A stretch of 64,000 nucleotides of DNA, from contig NC_068983.1 of NCBI RefSeq assembly GCF_001194135.2, positions 142,029,600 through 142,093,599 on the forward strand, given 5' to 3'. Shown here piece by piece: positions 37,095-49,089 of this stretch. The translations under genes were made by a program, and so were the position numbers. Each line of letters begins with the position of its first letter. The stretch's first letter is position 1. The DNA comes from Octopus bimaculoides (taxonomy: Eukaryota). The notes under the pieces are model-generated. The model saw only the letters and a program-made list of their open reading frames with translations, ran no database searches and was not told the origin of the DNA.

Positions 37095-39745
37095 CTCATT
37101 ATACATATATGGTCCAGAATACAATGTTAGGTTATCTTGTACAATACATCTGACTCCTCTTGTACCCGTTTTTTCTCTCAGCCCATTGGTACTCCAGTGC
37201 TAACATGACGTATTCAGTGAAGTTGTTTGCTTCGTTTCTTTCTAGCTTCTGTAAGTTCTCTACATTGATAATCATTTCTCACTATCATGCAGCTTTGTAG
37301 TTTCAATACAAGCATCACTCAGTCTACTTTTCACTCTGGGAGAGAACTCTCTTGCCAGCACAAGTAATATCCCCCCTTGGACTTTTTTTTTGCAATCCTT
37401 TTTCATTCTGGTTCCTGTACTTTTGAAACAACACTTTTGTTGACTATGTCACATAGATAACAGAAGCTATCGACCAACTCTAGAGAGCCCTGTGCTCTTA
37501 GTACTTATTGCCTTCATTGCATCTGTTACCTACTAAGTTTACCTTCTGTATTAATCTACTGGTAATCCCTCTATACTTCTTGTGTATCGTAATTTACAGT
37601 GACAGCAATATATGTAATATTTACTTATTTCTTTTCTGTATATAAGCAAAACTATTTTTCTGATGGTAACTAGTTCCTGTCTTCTTCCCTACTTTCTAAT
37701 ACTTTAGACTTTGTTTACTTCAATACCTTTGATTCTAGGTCTTGTTTACATGCCTGCTATTTCAGTTTTAATTCTATTGGGTCATCCCATAAATAATGCG
37801 GTTTTTCTACACTATTTTTCAAAGTTAAGATAAACAGAGTTTTTTTTAATCTATAATATACTCTCCTTCATTTTCTACTATGTTCTTCCATCTATCTGGT
37901 AGACTTGCAAGGCCCCTCTTTCAAAATTCACTTGTCCGTGACTAAAAATACTCCTCCAGTACTGATATGACCTTGTCTACAGAATTCAAATTTTTTCTGC
38001 CCAAATGATTTTGAAGACTGCGGAATAAACAGTAATCAGATGGGGCAATGTCTTGTGAATATAGTGGGTGGGTCATCGTTTTTCATTCAAACTGTTCCAG
38101 CCTTTGGAATATCATCCTCACTGTATGTGGCTGAGCATTATCCTAATGGAAGAACACCTTTTGTCTTGAAACCAAAAATGGTCGTTTTCTTTCTAGCGTT
38201 GACTTAAGCTGCTCGCAGTAGATCTCCTTTATTATCGTTTGGTTTTGGTTTAAAAGTTCAAAGTGGACAAAATCTTTCTTATCCCATCAAATAGATAACA
38301 ACACCTTACATGGGTGAAGACCTTTAGCCTGGGGTGCCAGTGTTTCTCTTTTCCCTACTCACTATCTTTGATCCTTAATATTTTTATAGAGAACCCATTT
38401 CTCATCACCAGTCAATATTTGGTCCCCCAAAAAAAGGTTCATTTGTGAGACATGACAGCAAAGAAGAGCACATATCCACTCACTGCATGCGATTAGACTC
38501 GGAAAGTTTGTGAACAACTCATTGACCCAATTTTCTGACTTTTCCGACGGCTCGCAGATGTCGATGAATGGTTGAACGACCAAATCCAAGCTTCTCTGCT
38601 AGTTCCTCAACAGTTACAATGGGATTTTATTCCACCAGGGTTTGCAGGACGTCCTCGTCGAGCTCTACAGATCTTCCAGGATGAGGCCCATCTTCTAGGC
38701 TGTAGTTTCCGGCTCAGAATTTCTGGAATCACTGTTTACACTGGTTTACCCGTATTGTCCGATCCCCATATACTGCATTAATATTCCTCACATTTTCCAT
38801 TACGTTGTTGCTTTTATTAAACTCATAAAACAAAAATATGCCAAATAGCTTTGAAAAAGTAAGTGTTAAAATCGAACTGCACTTTTGAAAACCTGCACTA
38901 AGAATAAAGATAAGGTAAAATTACTACTTGCTTTCATAGCAAGTTGATGCAGGTAGTTTATCCCATCCTCATCGACTTTTAGTTAGTGCAATTGAGAAAA
39001 TCTGCATTATTTATGGGATGACCCAATACTTTAGATTCAGCTATAAGAACTAGGTCATCAGCACATAAGAGCTCCTACTGACATCTGGTTTTAAATTCCA
39101 CTGTTGTAGCTTGTAAGACTGTAATGAACAAGGAGGGAGCAGAGGATCGAGCCTGCATGAACTCCTAGCTGCATGCTAAATCCTGCTGAACACATTGCAG
39201 ATTGCACTTCTATACTATACATATTTGCATCTCTTGTATCACAAAACTCCTTTCTTGCACTATAACCATAACCTCCATGTACACTTCAGAAGCCTTCATG
39301 ATGTTGACCAACATGTCCATTCAAATTGTTAGCCTCAGTTATTAGGTCACTGTCAAATACTGTCAAAGTAGTCTGCAAAAGGATTTCATAAAAGGGATTC
39401 TTCAGATCATCTTTCAACTCTGATAGTTGAGCATATGCAAAAGTAAATGTTGCTGCCAAGTTATCTATAATTAGTCTAAAGTTAATTATCCTCTCTGGTT
39501 ACCTCATTTACTTCAACTATCCATTTCTCAGCTATTAGTGTGCCTACAGTGCTTTCACTATTGCTATTTCCTATCCAAAAGAATTTCTATTGCGCTTCCT
39601 TCCTTATGATGAGTTGGCCAAGAGTCCTTTCTCTGTTACCTTTGCACATGACCGCACATTCACTCACCTCCACTCCAACATCTCCACAATCTTCCCAGAC
39701 CTACAAACATTGATGGTGGTCAACCTGGAAATTTTTAAGTGACAG
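37095..39745 (-). mobile_element. Decayed RTE LINE (endonuclease + RT remnants) interrupted by a mariner
   Basis: Minus-strand remnants RSGKIVEMLE, FAYAQL...FYEILLQTT...NLNGHVGQH (APE endonuclease), GVHAGSILCSLLFI...LLCADDLVLIAES (RT), and PRVKSRLSDAC downstream. Confidence 0.8.
37777..39026 (-). mobile_element. Full-length (1250 bp) dead mariner (DD34D) transposon
   Basis: Perfect 23-bp TIRs TTGGGTCATCCCATAAATAATGC with TA at 37775-76 and 39027-28; transposase remnants TGDEKWVLYKN, DNAQPH, YSQDIAPSDYCLFRSLQ with stops and frameshifts. Confidence 0.93.
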
Positions 39746-40228
39746 TGAGAGATATTTCTAGTGATGATTTACATCATTGATGTTTGACTTCTGCTTCTGT
39801 GGGAAATAAGAAGTTTGTATCATCATTGCTGACGACTGGAAGGTTCTCATACATGGTGAGATATTTCTTTCCACATGTGAAATTTGATTTGCCATCATTC
39901 TCATTCACCAGCAATTTCATGATTTCACAATCACATAGTTTCCAGGTTCATTCCCGTTGTATGGCACATTAAGCAAGTGTCATCTACTATAGCCCAAAGC
40001 TGACCAATGCCTTATGAGGAGATTAGGTAGAGAGAAATTGAAAGAATCCCATCATATGCATGTGATGTGCATGTGTGTATGTTACTGTCTCCTTGTTACA
40101 GACGTTAAATGATAATGACTTCCTCCACAATAAAACCATTGTTCCATATCTCATTATATTGATAAAGCAGTTCAGTAATCAAAGATTTAGATATCTTTGA
40201 CAATCATTTTCTTACTTCTCAATTACAG

Positions 40229-40484
40229 TGAGTTGTGTAATATGGGAAGGTGATGAGTGTCAAAAGGTTGATCTCACTGCATTACATATCAGCTGGGTCA
40301 TCATTGAAAAAGTTGAAAAAATCCCAGATGCCTCAGACTCTATTTTCATTGGTCTCTTCTTCTCACTGATTATGGGTCTTGTACCACCGATGTTCCGTAC
40401 TTATAACAGCAAAGAATTCTTCAACATTCTATCATCAGATGGCTTTGTTTCTGCTGTTCTCTCTATGGTCGGTAATGGTTGGAA
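40229..40484 (+). CDS. PHTF: PHTF coding exon 10: SCVIWEGDECQKVDLTALHISWVIIEKVEK...FVSAVLSMVGNGW(K)
   Basis: TTACAG acceptor, GAA|GTAAGT donor; 256 nt, phase 1-2; matches [22 protein letters not shown]. Confidence 0.95.
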
Positions 40485-41209
40485 GTAAGTGCTTTAATTT
40501 TTTTATTTCTTTTTTTATATGAAGAAAGCTTCAGACTAGAAATATATTTGAAATGATGAAAGAATGAATAATATATTTTCCAGTATAAAAAAAAAAAAGT
40601 CCTTCAACTAAATTAACTTCTGTCTGGTGGCATGTATTTTGTTTATTTCTCTATTAATTAAAAGTGCTAATGTTGTAATATGATTCTATGACTGCTGTTG
40701 TGTTATTAGCAACAAGCCCTATCACTATTAGTTAAGTTAGTGTTAATATATTTACTGTAGCAACAAATAATGATCATAAATATTTATGTGGTGAGGAAAA
40801 GATAAGATTGGAACAATATTATTTTTACATTTTTGGCAATGACAGGAAGCAGGTTTTAGTTTGACTCTCCTTAGCAAAGCATAAATCTCACAGCTTCAGT
40901 GTATTTGCCAAAGTGGTATTGAGACAGTAATCTGTCATTTATATCTTTAATTTTGGAACATATTATCACCAGATTAACTTCTGTTGTTAACATTTTAATT
41001 TTTTAAATTTACTATGTATGATTTCTTTTCCGGGGCTCAATGGCAATCTTGGAATATGGGGTGAAATTCTCGAGTATTAAAGGCAGATAATTCTGGTTAA
41101 ATTTGAGGAGTTGTCTCCCATACCAGCCAAAGATGTTTACTTTTTACCACTAGATTGGTTTTAATAACCACGGAGATGTGCTTGCATAGCAAGTAACCTG
41201 ATCTGATGC

Positions 41210-41398
41210 AGCGTAGAAGGTGTTTATTAGCCATTTAAAACACACACAAAAACCGTTAGATTCATTTCAACTGACAAAATTCCGCGAACAGGTCACAGTC
41301 TCAAAGCGACGAAAATATTTTGGCAAATTAAATTTAAATGTTCAAGTGAATCTAATTATTTTTGTGTTTATAAATGGCTTATAAACACCTTCCACGCT
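41210..41398. repeat. Fold-back element, ~60-bp imperfect inverted arms
   Basis: 41210-41271 AGCGTAGAAGGTGTTTATTAGCCATTT... versus reverse complement of 41340-41398 AGCGTGGAAGGTGTTTATAAGCCATTT... Confidence 0.85.
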
Positions 41399-41572
41399 AA
41401 AAATGGTTTTAATAATATAATAATTAAAAAAACAAGAGCAGTAGTCACAATTAAGATAATGTAATAATAAGTCCTTAAATCAATCCTCGAGTATTACTGA
41501 GGCCTAAGCTTGGTCGAGTAGTCATTTCCACATTACCAGAATGGTCTCCGAGTAACCTCAGCGATGTTTTGG

Positions 41573-41624
41573 TCAGCAATAATTATCTCCCCTAACAAAA
41601 GTAAGGGGAGATAATTATTGCTGA
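41573..41624. repeat. Perfect 21-bp inverted repeat, 10-nt loop
   Basis: TCAGCAATAATTATCTCCCCT-aacaaaagta-AGGGGAGATAATTATTGCTGA. Confidence 0.97.
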
Positions 41625-42192
41625 TAGTTTAGTTTGTAGTGCAAGGGAGACAACTATGGCTGAATTTGAATTGTGGTAGTAGTGAGTCAAATTTTAATTT
41701 AAAATTTAACCTGATAATCATTTATTTCTATCGATTCGCTACCGTTTATTGTTTTGTTTAAAATCATACTTATACTTCAAAAGGTTTGTGAATTGGATAA
41801 GATCATAATTTAGGGACTTTTGATTTTAGACCATTCACTGAAGAAATGGTTTGTTATATACTATGTTACATATATATATATATTACCCTTAGTTTCTTTT
41901 GTTCACATGTCAGCAGAAGAATCCCTAGTGCTTATTGTATCCCTGCACAGCTTATAATGATAGGAGAGAAAGTTGACTAAAACTTTTACAGGAACAAGTT
42001 CTAAGCAAATGATAAAAGCATCATCTCTTCACAGTCAAAGATGGAACTCCATTCCAAGTTAGGACTGCTGATGTATTTGAGCTAATAACATTATTTCACT
42101 AGTATTGCATTTATCTCACGTACAGCAAGTGGTGGTGATCATAAAAGACAGTGATCTATGTCTAGCAGGGATAAAACGAGAGGGTAAAGGCA

Positions 42193-42407
42193 CTAACTCT
42201 ATAGCATATCCAGCCCAAATGATATACCTGTCTTGTGCTCAAACCAGTCAGATCTGGCCTCTCACATCTACTCTGCAACGTCATTCTAAAAATAAAGAGC
42301 CGCATCATTTAGATCTGAAAGCTATGATGTAATACATGATTAATTCAAAAGATTGTGAATAGATAAGCATTACATTTGAGAGAATAATCTAATTGCTAAA
42401 GGGTTAA
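42193..42407 (+). mobile_element. MITE-like element, ends CTAAAGGGTTAA
   Basis: Homologous to 34031-34246. Confidence 0.7.
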
Positions 42408-42791
42408 AGAACAACTGAGTTTTTCTGTATCATATGTACATGGAGAGTAACTAGAATCCGAATGATTATGAGAGACATTCAAAACATTTCTAGCATTTAA
42501 AACTGTTAAAGTATTATATATCTTTGGTCAGCTCAACTGCAACAGACTTATAACTAGGATCAAGCTATGACTGTCTTCTTTTAATTGTAGGCATATATCT
42601 CACCATTTTAGGCTGCTGCATTTTAAAGACAGAATTTTAATGTCTCAGTTTCTATGTGTTGTATAACAAAGCAGTTTATGGCTTGATAAGTTATCTAATG
42701 TGAGCCTTTTAATTTGATCCAGGTAAAGTAAAGAGAAAATGCTAATGAGAATGGTAATGTTATTATTGAATTGTTCTTTTCTTCTTTTTAG

Positions 42792-42888
42792 GATTAATCT
42801 AATCTTAATTAATGCTGTAATCCAAAGGCTTTGTCTTAGTGCTCTCTTTTTCTTCTTGCTCTCCGTTGCTGATCGCACATTCAAACAG
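42792..42888 (+). CDS. PHTF: PHTF coding exon 11: INLILINAVIQRLCLSALFFFLLSVADRTFKQ
   Basis: TTTTTAG acceptor, CAG|GTAATG donor; 97 nt, phase 2-0; matches FFFLLCVAERTYKQ. Confidence 0.95.
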
Positions 42889-43441
42889 GTAATGCAGCAT
42901 AAAATTTCTATTTTTGTTAGCTTCTTTTACCTTTGGGTATAATTATTATGATTATGTTGATGGTGATGGTTTTTAATAAGATAAAGATGATCTGACAATG
43001 ATTCTTTTTTTATGGAACAAAATTAAATTAGTTGATTACTGTATACCAGTAGTTCTTGAATTTGGATGAAGCACTCACATGGGGGTCACTGTGAACTCAT
43101 AAGAATGTGGTAAATATTTAGAGGGTTTTGTTGGTAGTTCTAGGAATGTAGAATGATCATGATATGATTCTTCTTAGAAGCAATATTTGAACTAAGCACA
43201 ATACTTCTATTTTGAATATATTTTCAATAAACATCTTTTTCACTATTAATGTGATGGAACATTGTTATCTGAGAAGAAACTTTATATAATCTTGTGAAAG
43301 TCTCTGCCTTCTTTAAGTAATTTCCCTAAAAATTTAATATAGATGGTATGAATTCACACAAATATCTAAAATGAAACACTCCACAAAATTGGTTTTTGTT
43401 TGATTAAAATTATATACTTTTTCTTCTCCCCCCCCCCCCCC

Positions 43442-44059
43442 NNNNNNNNNNNNNNNNNNNNNNNNNNNNNNNNNNNNNNNNNNNNNNNNNNNNNNNNNNN
43501 NNNNNNNNNNNNNNNNNNNNNNNNNNNNNNNNNNNNNNNNNNNNNNNNNNNNNNNNNNNNNNNNNNNNNNNNNNNNNNNNNNNNNNNNNNNNNNNNNNNN
43601 NNNNNNNNNNNNNNNNNNNNNNNNNNNNNNNNNNNNNNNNNNNNNNNNNNNNNNNNNNNNNNNNNNNNNNNNNNNNNNNNNNNNNNNNNNNNNNNNNNNN
43701 NNNNNNNNNNNNNNNNNNNNNNNNNNNNNNNNNNNNNNNNNNNNNNNNNNNNNNNNNNNNNNNNNNNNNNNNNNNNNNNNNNNNNNNNNNNNNNNNNNNN
43801 NNNNNNNNNNNNNNNNNNNNNNNNNNNNNNNNNNNNNNNNNNNNNNNNNNNNNNNNNNNNNNNNNNNNNNNNNNNNNNNNNNNNNNNNNNNNNNNNNNNN
43901 NNNNNNNNNNNNNNNNNNNNNNNNNNNNNNNNNNNNNNNNNNNNNNNNNNNNNNNNNNNNNNNNNNNNNNNNNNNNNNNNNNNNNNNNNNNNNNNNNNNN
44001 NNNNNNNNNNNNNNNNNNNNNNNNNNNNNNNNNNNNNNNNNNNNNNNNNNNNNNNNNNN
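43442..44059. other. Assembly gap (others: 6196-6801, 13963-13972, 19060-19268, 50762-51003, 53498-53909)
   Basis: N runs; most abut (TA)n or homopolymer tracts. Confidence 1.
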
Positions 44060-44124
44060 CACACTTCCGCCTTAATAAAGTTTGTAACATCAAAACATGG
44101 TTGTCACTACGATCATACCTTAAG
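44060..44124 (+). CDS. PHTF: PHTF coding exon 12, visible 3' part: (P)HFRLNKVCNIKTWLSLRSYLK; 5' part hidden in gap
   Basis: Sequence immediately after the N-gap translates to the conserved PHFRL..V.NIK.WLSLRSYLK; donor AAG|GTAAGT. Confidence 0.93.
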
Positions 44125-44152
44125 GTAAGTTGTGTGTGTCTGTGTGTATATG

Positions 44153-44192
<40 letters not shown>

Positions 44193-44200
44193 AAAATGTA

Positions 44201-44498
44201 GTCACAGCTGTATGGTTGAGAAGCTTGCTTCCCAGCCATACGATTCAAGGTTCAGTCATACTGTGTGACACCTTGGGTTTTTACTTAAGCCCTGGGCTGA
44301 TCAAAGCCTGTGTGTGTTTCTTGACATTGCATGGTGGTTGTAAATGAGTGACACAGTCATATGAACAATGTCATATGTTTCCAATGTCTTACTATAGAAA
44401 AATATTGCCCTGTTGGAAACAAGTGTTGGTGATAAGAAGGACATCTGGATGTAGAAAATTTGGTTCAACAAATTGTCTGACTTTAAAATAATGATCAT
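44201..44498 (+). mobile_element. Degenerate SINE, head H1 with (GAT)-type tail
   Basis: GCTGTATGGTTGAGAAGCTTGCTTCCCAGCCA...AGGTTCAGTC...GTTGGTGATAAGAAGGACATC. Confidence 0.65.
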
Positions 44499-45270
44499 AC
44501 AGGCATGAATACATGCACACACACACATACACACTCACAGTGATATGTGCATGTTTTAATTTACTATCATAAATCTACCTTGATGGATTTCAACTTCAAC
44601 ACACTGTATTCTGATCAAATCACTTGTCAAACAACTGGAAGTCTAAAAGTAAATATTATTTAGTTTGTTCTCTTATTTTTTTAATTATTATAGGCATGGC
44701 TGTGTGGGGGAAGAATTTGCTTCTCATCCTTTTGGTTTGGGGCATGTACTTGGTCTACATATGGTCTGAGGCATCCACTTGGTCTCATCCACCTCGTCTA
44801 GATATGTAGTATATTTACATTTGTTCTTTTTTGAAAATTACTGAGTTACAGGCAGCAACATTGTTACTTTCATTGTCAACAAATCATCTGCTGGCTTTGT
44901 GCCTTCAAAAGTATGTGAAACACAAGATTCCTTATTTGAGAAATAGACAACGGCTAGGGAATCTGGCTGTAAAACCATGCATGACTAATATATTTGTCTT
45001 GTTTAGTCCATGCTATCTTGAAAAGATAAACAAAAGTAATCAAATGAATATTATTTATTTATTGTATTTTACTAACAAATCACTTAATAAGTACAATACA
45101 CTGCTCTAAATGTCTTTCGGTACTAAATTTTATCTACATTCAAAATTTAAATCATATAAGCACACATGCACGCACACACACACACATTTTTGTGATGAGG
45201 ATGTGCTTTCATTTGTGTTGTCTGATTATATGTGAGATGAAATTCTGATTTTGTTTCTTTTCCTGTTTAG

Positions 45271-45357
45271 AAAAGAGGTCCTCAACGTTCAGTTGATGTG
45301 ATAGTGTCAGCTTCATTTTTACTAGCCATCATATCTGTCACGTTAATGTGCTTACAG
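45271..45357 (+). CDS. PHTF: PHTF coding exon 13: KRGPQRSVDVIVSASFLLAIISVTLMCLQ
   Basis: TTTAG acceptor, CAG|GTAAGT donor; 87 nt, phase 0-0. Confidence 0.96.
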
Positions 45358-45420
45358 GTAAGTGTTTACATTAAGTAAGAACAAATAAAAAGGGCTGTGT
45401 GTGTGTGTGTATATATACAA

Positions 45421-45522
45421 TAAGTACTAGGCTTACAAAAAATAAGTCCCGGGGTCGATTTGCTCGACTAATGGCGGTGCTCCAACATGGCCGCAGTCAA
45501 ATGACTGAAACAAGTAAAAGAA
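45421..45522 (+). mobile_element. SINE 3' tail fragment
   Basis: TAAGTACTAGGCTTAC...GGGGTCGATTTGCTCGACTAA...CAGTCAAATGACTGAAACAAGTAAAAG, as at 1-171. Confidence 0.8.
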
Positions 45523-45990
45523 AGTAATATATGTTTATTACCAGCAAATGTGTAGTTGCCATCACTACCTCTTTCCCATTACTTCCTGTAGTCATTGTTT
45601 TTTTCTATTACTTTTCTGCCATAACTCCATCCCCTGTCACCTGCTCATCCCAGTCACTCTATTTCTTTGTCAAGCACTTGCTTTTTTCATCCTCATGGTA
45701 ACCCAGCTACCACAAGTGCTACTATAAAATGTACACAATACAATCTGTAAAGTGGTTAGTGTTGGAAATATCAGTTGTGGAAACCATGCCAAAAATTATA
45801 GCATATGAGTGAGATATGGTCATTCAACCCATCTGAGGAGATCAGCAATTTCCAATAAGAACTGGCTCCAGCCATGATGATGATGTGGAGCTTACAAAGT
45901 TCATAAGCACAGCCACAATTTTTGAATAACACCAGAAAAAATAATTAAGAACCATTTTTTTGCATTGTTTGTATGTATTTTTCTTTGTAG

Positions 45991-46146
45991 TTATTAAAAG
46001 ACACAGAAACTTTCATGGACTATCTGTATAATTGGGAATTACTAGCTTGGTCTCTAGCTCTTGGTGTTTACATTCTTCGGTTTATGACTCTCGGATTAAA
46101 AATTAACCAGAAATATCGCAATCTTTCTGTATTGATCACTGAGCAG
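45991..46146 (+). CDS. PHTF: PHTF coding exon 14: LLKDTETFMDYLYNWELLAWSLALGVYILRFMTLGLKINQKYRNLSVLITEQ
   Basis: TTTGTAG acceptor, CAG|GTAAGA donor; 156 nt, phase 0-0. Confidence 0.96.
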
Positions 46147-46249
46147 GTAAGATGTAAATGTGTTTTTGCTTACATGTTTTTATGATTAACATTGAAATGT
46201 TTATACAGTTGTAAATCTCATTAGTTGGGAAAAGCATCACACTAGCTTA

Positions 46250-46700
46250 GCAAATTAACTCTTTGTTTTTTTATTAGATTGGTCTGGAGGAAAGAGATAT
46301 GCCCATGGCTTTACAACTCTTTCAAGACCAATAAGATCAAAATAATCAACAGTTCTTTTGTACAGTTGGAAGTCAACATATACAGTAAAATTTTTGTAGA
46401 GATGAGAATTCCAAAGATTTGAAATTCTGGAAAGGAAGGATTGGATATAGTGAAGGGCCCTTGGAAATGGGTTGGAGGTGAACACAATATAGATGATGAG
46501 AGACTGAGAAACAAGTATCTGAGCAGAGGTGGAACAAAACAGCTAACTCCAAAGGGCAGAGGCCACAGCAATGAGAGTTGAAAAATCAGAGGGATAACAC
46601 ATCTATGGGCTAGAGATTGGAGTGTCTTGGTGAGCAACTTTATGCTAATTAATTGGGTAACTTTTCTATGGATGCTATCTTTGGACATGAGTGCTTGCAG
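46250..46700 (-). mobile_element. CR1/Jockey-type LINE 3' end, decayed
   Basis: Minus-strand peptide NPFPRALHYIQSFLSRISNLWNSHL...FQLYKRTV resembles LINE ORF2 ends (F..R....WNSLP). Confidence 0.6.
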
Positions 46701-46789
46701 TTCAACCTACTGTGCTTGAGGAAACCTATTGAGTCAAGTACATCAACATCAAAATTAAAATCAAATGGAAATTGTAGTTGTGATACCCA

Positions 46790-47104
46790 TGCCAGTGGCA
46801 CGTAAAAAGCACCATCCGAACGTGGCTGATGCCAGCACCACCTTGACTGGGTTCTGTGCTGGTGGCACGTAAAAAGCACCAACCGATTGTGGCCGTTGCC
46901 AGAGGAGGCTGGCCCTTGTGCTGGTGGCACGTAAAAAGCTCTCACTACATTCAAGGTGTGTTTGGCGTTAGGAAGGGCATCCAGCTATAGAAACTTTGCC
47001 AGATCAGACTGGAGCCTGGTGCAGCCTCCTGGCTTCCCAGATCCCGGTAGACCCGTCCAACCCATGCTAGCATGGAAAACGGCCGTTAAACGATGATGAT
47101 GATG
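46790..47104 (+). mobile_element. (GAT)n-tail retroposon 3' part with three GTGGCACGTAAAAAGC repeats
   Basis: Repeats at 46795, 46862 and 46923, then TTGGCGTTAGGAAGGGCATCCAGC and the tail. Confidence 0.88.
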
Positions 47105-47549
47105 AGAGTGGGAGAGAGGGACAGAGAATTATCATAAGAGATGCAGAATGAGTGCACATACTAGACTTGGTAGCCAGTAATAAGTTAAGAAATGCTACAC
47201 ACATGCACAGAGAAAATCATAGAGATAGTGAATGAGGAGGAAATGACAGAATAGTTAGCTGTATCTGTAAAAGGTTCTACAATAGTTAAATTCATTTTAA
47301 TGAATATTTTCCTTAGTTGCTTTTCAAGTAAGCTAATTGTTTAGCAGGGTAAGGTTTTTTTCATTAATCACTAAGATTATCCCCTAACTTAAGAATTAAT
47401 AGGAAACAGTACTAAAATAAATATATCACTACACTTGTTACATTAATATCCTGACACTTTTGTCAGCATGGATAATATCATGAAATGTACCATATAGGCA
47501 ATAATTGTAATTTAACTTTTATCTAATTACCCATGGAGGCAACAGTATA

Positions 47550-47655
47550 CAAAGGGTGTATGAAAAGTTTTGAGCCGTGAAGTCTTGTGCCTTCATCAGA
47601 AGCCTTGTGCCATGTTTTGTTTTTTTGAGGCTCAAGACTTTTCATACACCCCTTG
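47550..47655. mobile_element. 106-bp Tc1/mariner-type MITE
   Basis: 27-bp TIRs CAAAGGGTGTATGAAAAGTTTTGAGCC (2 mismatches between ends), flanked by TA at 47548-49 and 47656-57. Confidence 0.88.
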
Positions 47656-47809
47656 TATTGCCAAAGTTGCGTGACATATGACAGGTAAAATTCTAGTATA
47701 GTAATAAAAAATTAAAGCTATATTTGTTTAACAAAACTAATCTAAATGCATGACTCTTTCAGAATTTAATTAAAGATCTGAATAGAAATACAGTAACAAA
47801 AGGGTTTAA

Positions 47810-48037
<228 letters not shown>

Positions 48038-48885
48038 TGAAGGCCCGTGGTGCTATGACTGCTGATGAACTTGGGGACACTAATGACAGAATGTGATATA
48101 TGGCAGCATGTCATTCAATATGCTGGACACAAGTGCAAGCTGTAATCAATGAAGATTCTTGCTTACCATTAGGAGTTGAATGCTTTATCTATTTCATTTG
48201 AGAAAGAAAAACAAGTTCCATGTAATGGTTGTTTAAAGTGTGTAGTATATTGTATGTTAGTTGATAGTTGACTTGAGCTGTATGTTCAGGTTTGGTTATG
48301 GATGACAAATAATCCAAGTTGTAAAGATATATAGTTTAGGATCCATATCAGTAGACGGAAGCTTTTACTTTTTCATCATCATCATTGTCATTTTGTGATT
48401 GCTTTCCACGCTTCTAGACGGTTTGGAAGATTACATCTCATTTGTTTCATTTTTACCTTGGTTTCAGAGAGTACTGAGTGGATATTTTTGTGGCACCAAA
48501 TAGAGAGAAAAGGGATCAGAGAGTGATGAATAGCAATAGGAGGTAGAAATGATAAGAGTGAATTATATATGTTCATATCAAATGACCTGTGGGAAATGTG
48601 GATAGAGAATATGGACTACAAGGAACTGACAAGTAAAGTGGACAGCTGTGTTGAATAGATAGCAAGTGAAGTTGATTTAATTTAGAGATATGGCAATTGA
48701 AAGAAGAGATTTAAAAGCTGGGGACAGTTTTTTGGAATTATGTATATTGAACTTTTCTTTAATGCAATCAAATATACTGATGACAGAAAATGATATCTTG
48801 AACATTAAAATGTTGGAGTACAAATTACCTGTCTTAGTTACATTGCCAATTGCAAATTCTCTTATATATATGAAGGCTTATTTAA

Positions 48886-48931
<46 letters not shown>

Positions 48932-49089
48932 TATATACATATATCGTACATGATCATGTGATCAACCTCAGATGTTGTTACACATCGCTGGTCACAGTGC
49001 ACTTTTGGATTGTTTTAGCCTTCAAATAATGCCACCTTGCTGGCTAGGCAAGCAGGCCAATATATATCTGTGTGTGTGTATACATACAT

